A DNA stretch of 61,310 nt, counting the filler, from Asterionella formosa (lineage: Eukaryota), in assembly GCA_002256025.1 (NCBI GenBank). It is 13 parts of 13 records of this genome, joined end to end, with 100 filler letters (N's around TTAATTAATTAA, not from the genome) between each part and the next. Parts side by side here need not be neighbours in the genome. Positions count along the whole stretch, not along the records: positions 56,700 to 61,310 come from NKIB01013443.1; 12 more parts are not named here. The stretch is one strand, 5' to 3'. Below are positions 60,866 through 61,310 of the stretch, one piece after another. The notes under the pieces were generated by a model, which did no database searches, was not told the origin of the DNA, and worked only from the letters and a program-made list of their open reading frames with translations. The position numbers were made by a program, and so were the translations under genes. Every line of letters begins with the position of its first letter. Positions within the stretch are counted from its first letter, which is position 1.

Positions 60866-61310
60866 CATTTGACCTTTTTCACGTATAGTGGGATGTAACA
60901 TGTAATTACCGGCACAAACATGTTATATGTAGACTCTACCGGTACGTGGGTCCCGGGTATTTTGGAACCGGTTTTACTTTTGATACGAATGAAAAATGGC
61001 ACGAAGCAAATGCCGAACGTTCTTACGGTACTTCTAGCGGTACCTGGTAGTTTGTTTGATGTTCATTACCGGGAGTAGAAAACGGGCCAAACGATGATAA
61101 TTTTCTTCCAAAAACGCATCAATCATCAGTGCGCGTTATTAACTCAATAGTGAGTTGAAACAAGAACGCAAAAATGACCTCTCGTGCTAATGCCGGTGCT
61201 GGTACCTGGTATATTCCAGGAAATGCATTTCTACTGCCCTCGTTCAATATTTTAATGCGCCGGTTTGCATTTCAGTGAACAAGCCCAAACTCGTACTAAA
61301 AGTTCGAACA

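Overview
Eukaryotic nuclear DNA, most likely a diatom (inferred from plastid-targeting presequences, ~80-100 bp GT-AG introns, DUF6824-like proteins and CoDi-like copia elements). It is not one locus: 13 unrelated contigs/scaffolds of 4632 down to 4611 bp, sorted by length, are joined by artificial 100-bp N44-TTAATTAATTAA-N44 linkers, so neighbourhoods across linkers mean nothing. Genes: PX+TM+EDR2-C (DUF1336) protein (re-modelled with an intron), USP deubiquitinase, protein-only RNase P (PRORP), a Cys/His-domain protein, a DUF6824-like protein, nucleoredoxin, plastid RPL9, peptidase E, a RumA/TrmA-type RNA methyltransferase, YqgF/RuvX, a PqiA-like fragment, and an unusual S4 + degenerate pseudouridine synthase + HemK/PrmC fusion (best candidate novelty). 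The rest is rich in transposons: copia and gypsy pieces with LTRs, PIF/Harbinger and Mutator-like remnants, a ~1 kb non-autonomous TIR element, two tRNA-derived SINE-like sequences, minisatellites and pervasive GGTACC/CCWGG palindrome clusters. Also present are an L-type lectin gene apparently split by an inversion and an intron-dense micro-exon tract. Contigs 9 and 10 are near-identical duplicates. All family calls come from motif recognition by eye; no database searches were run.
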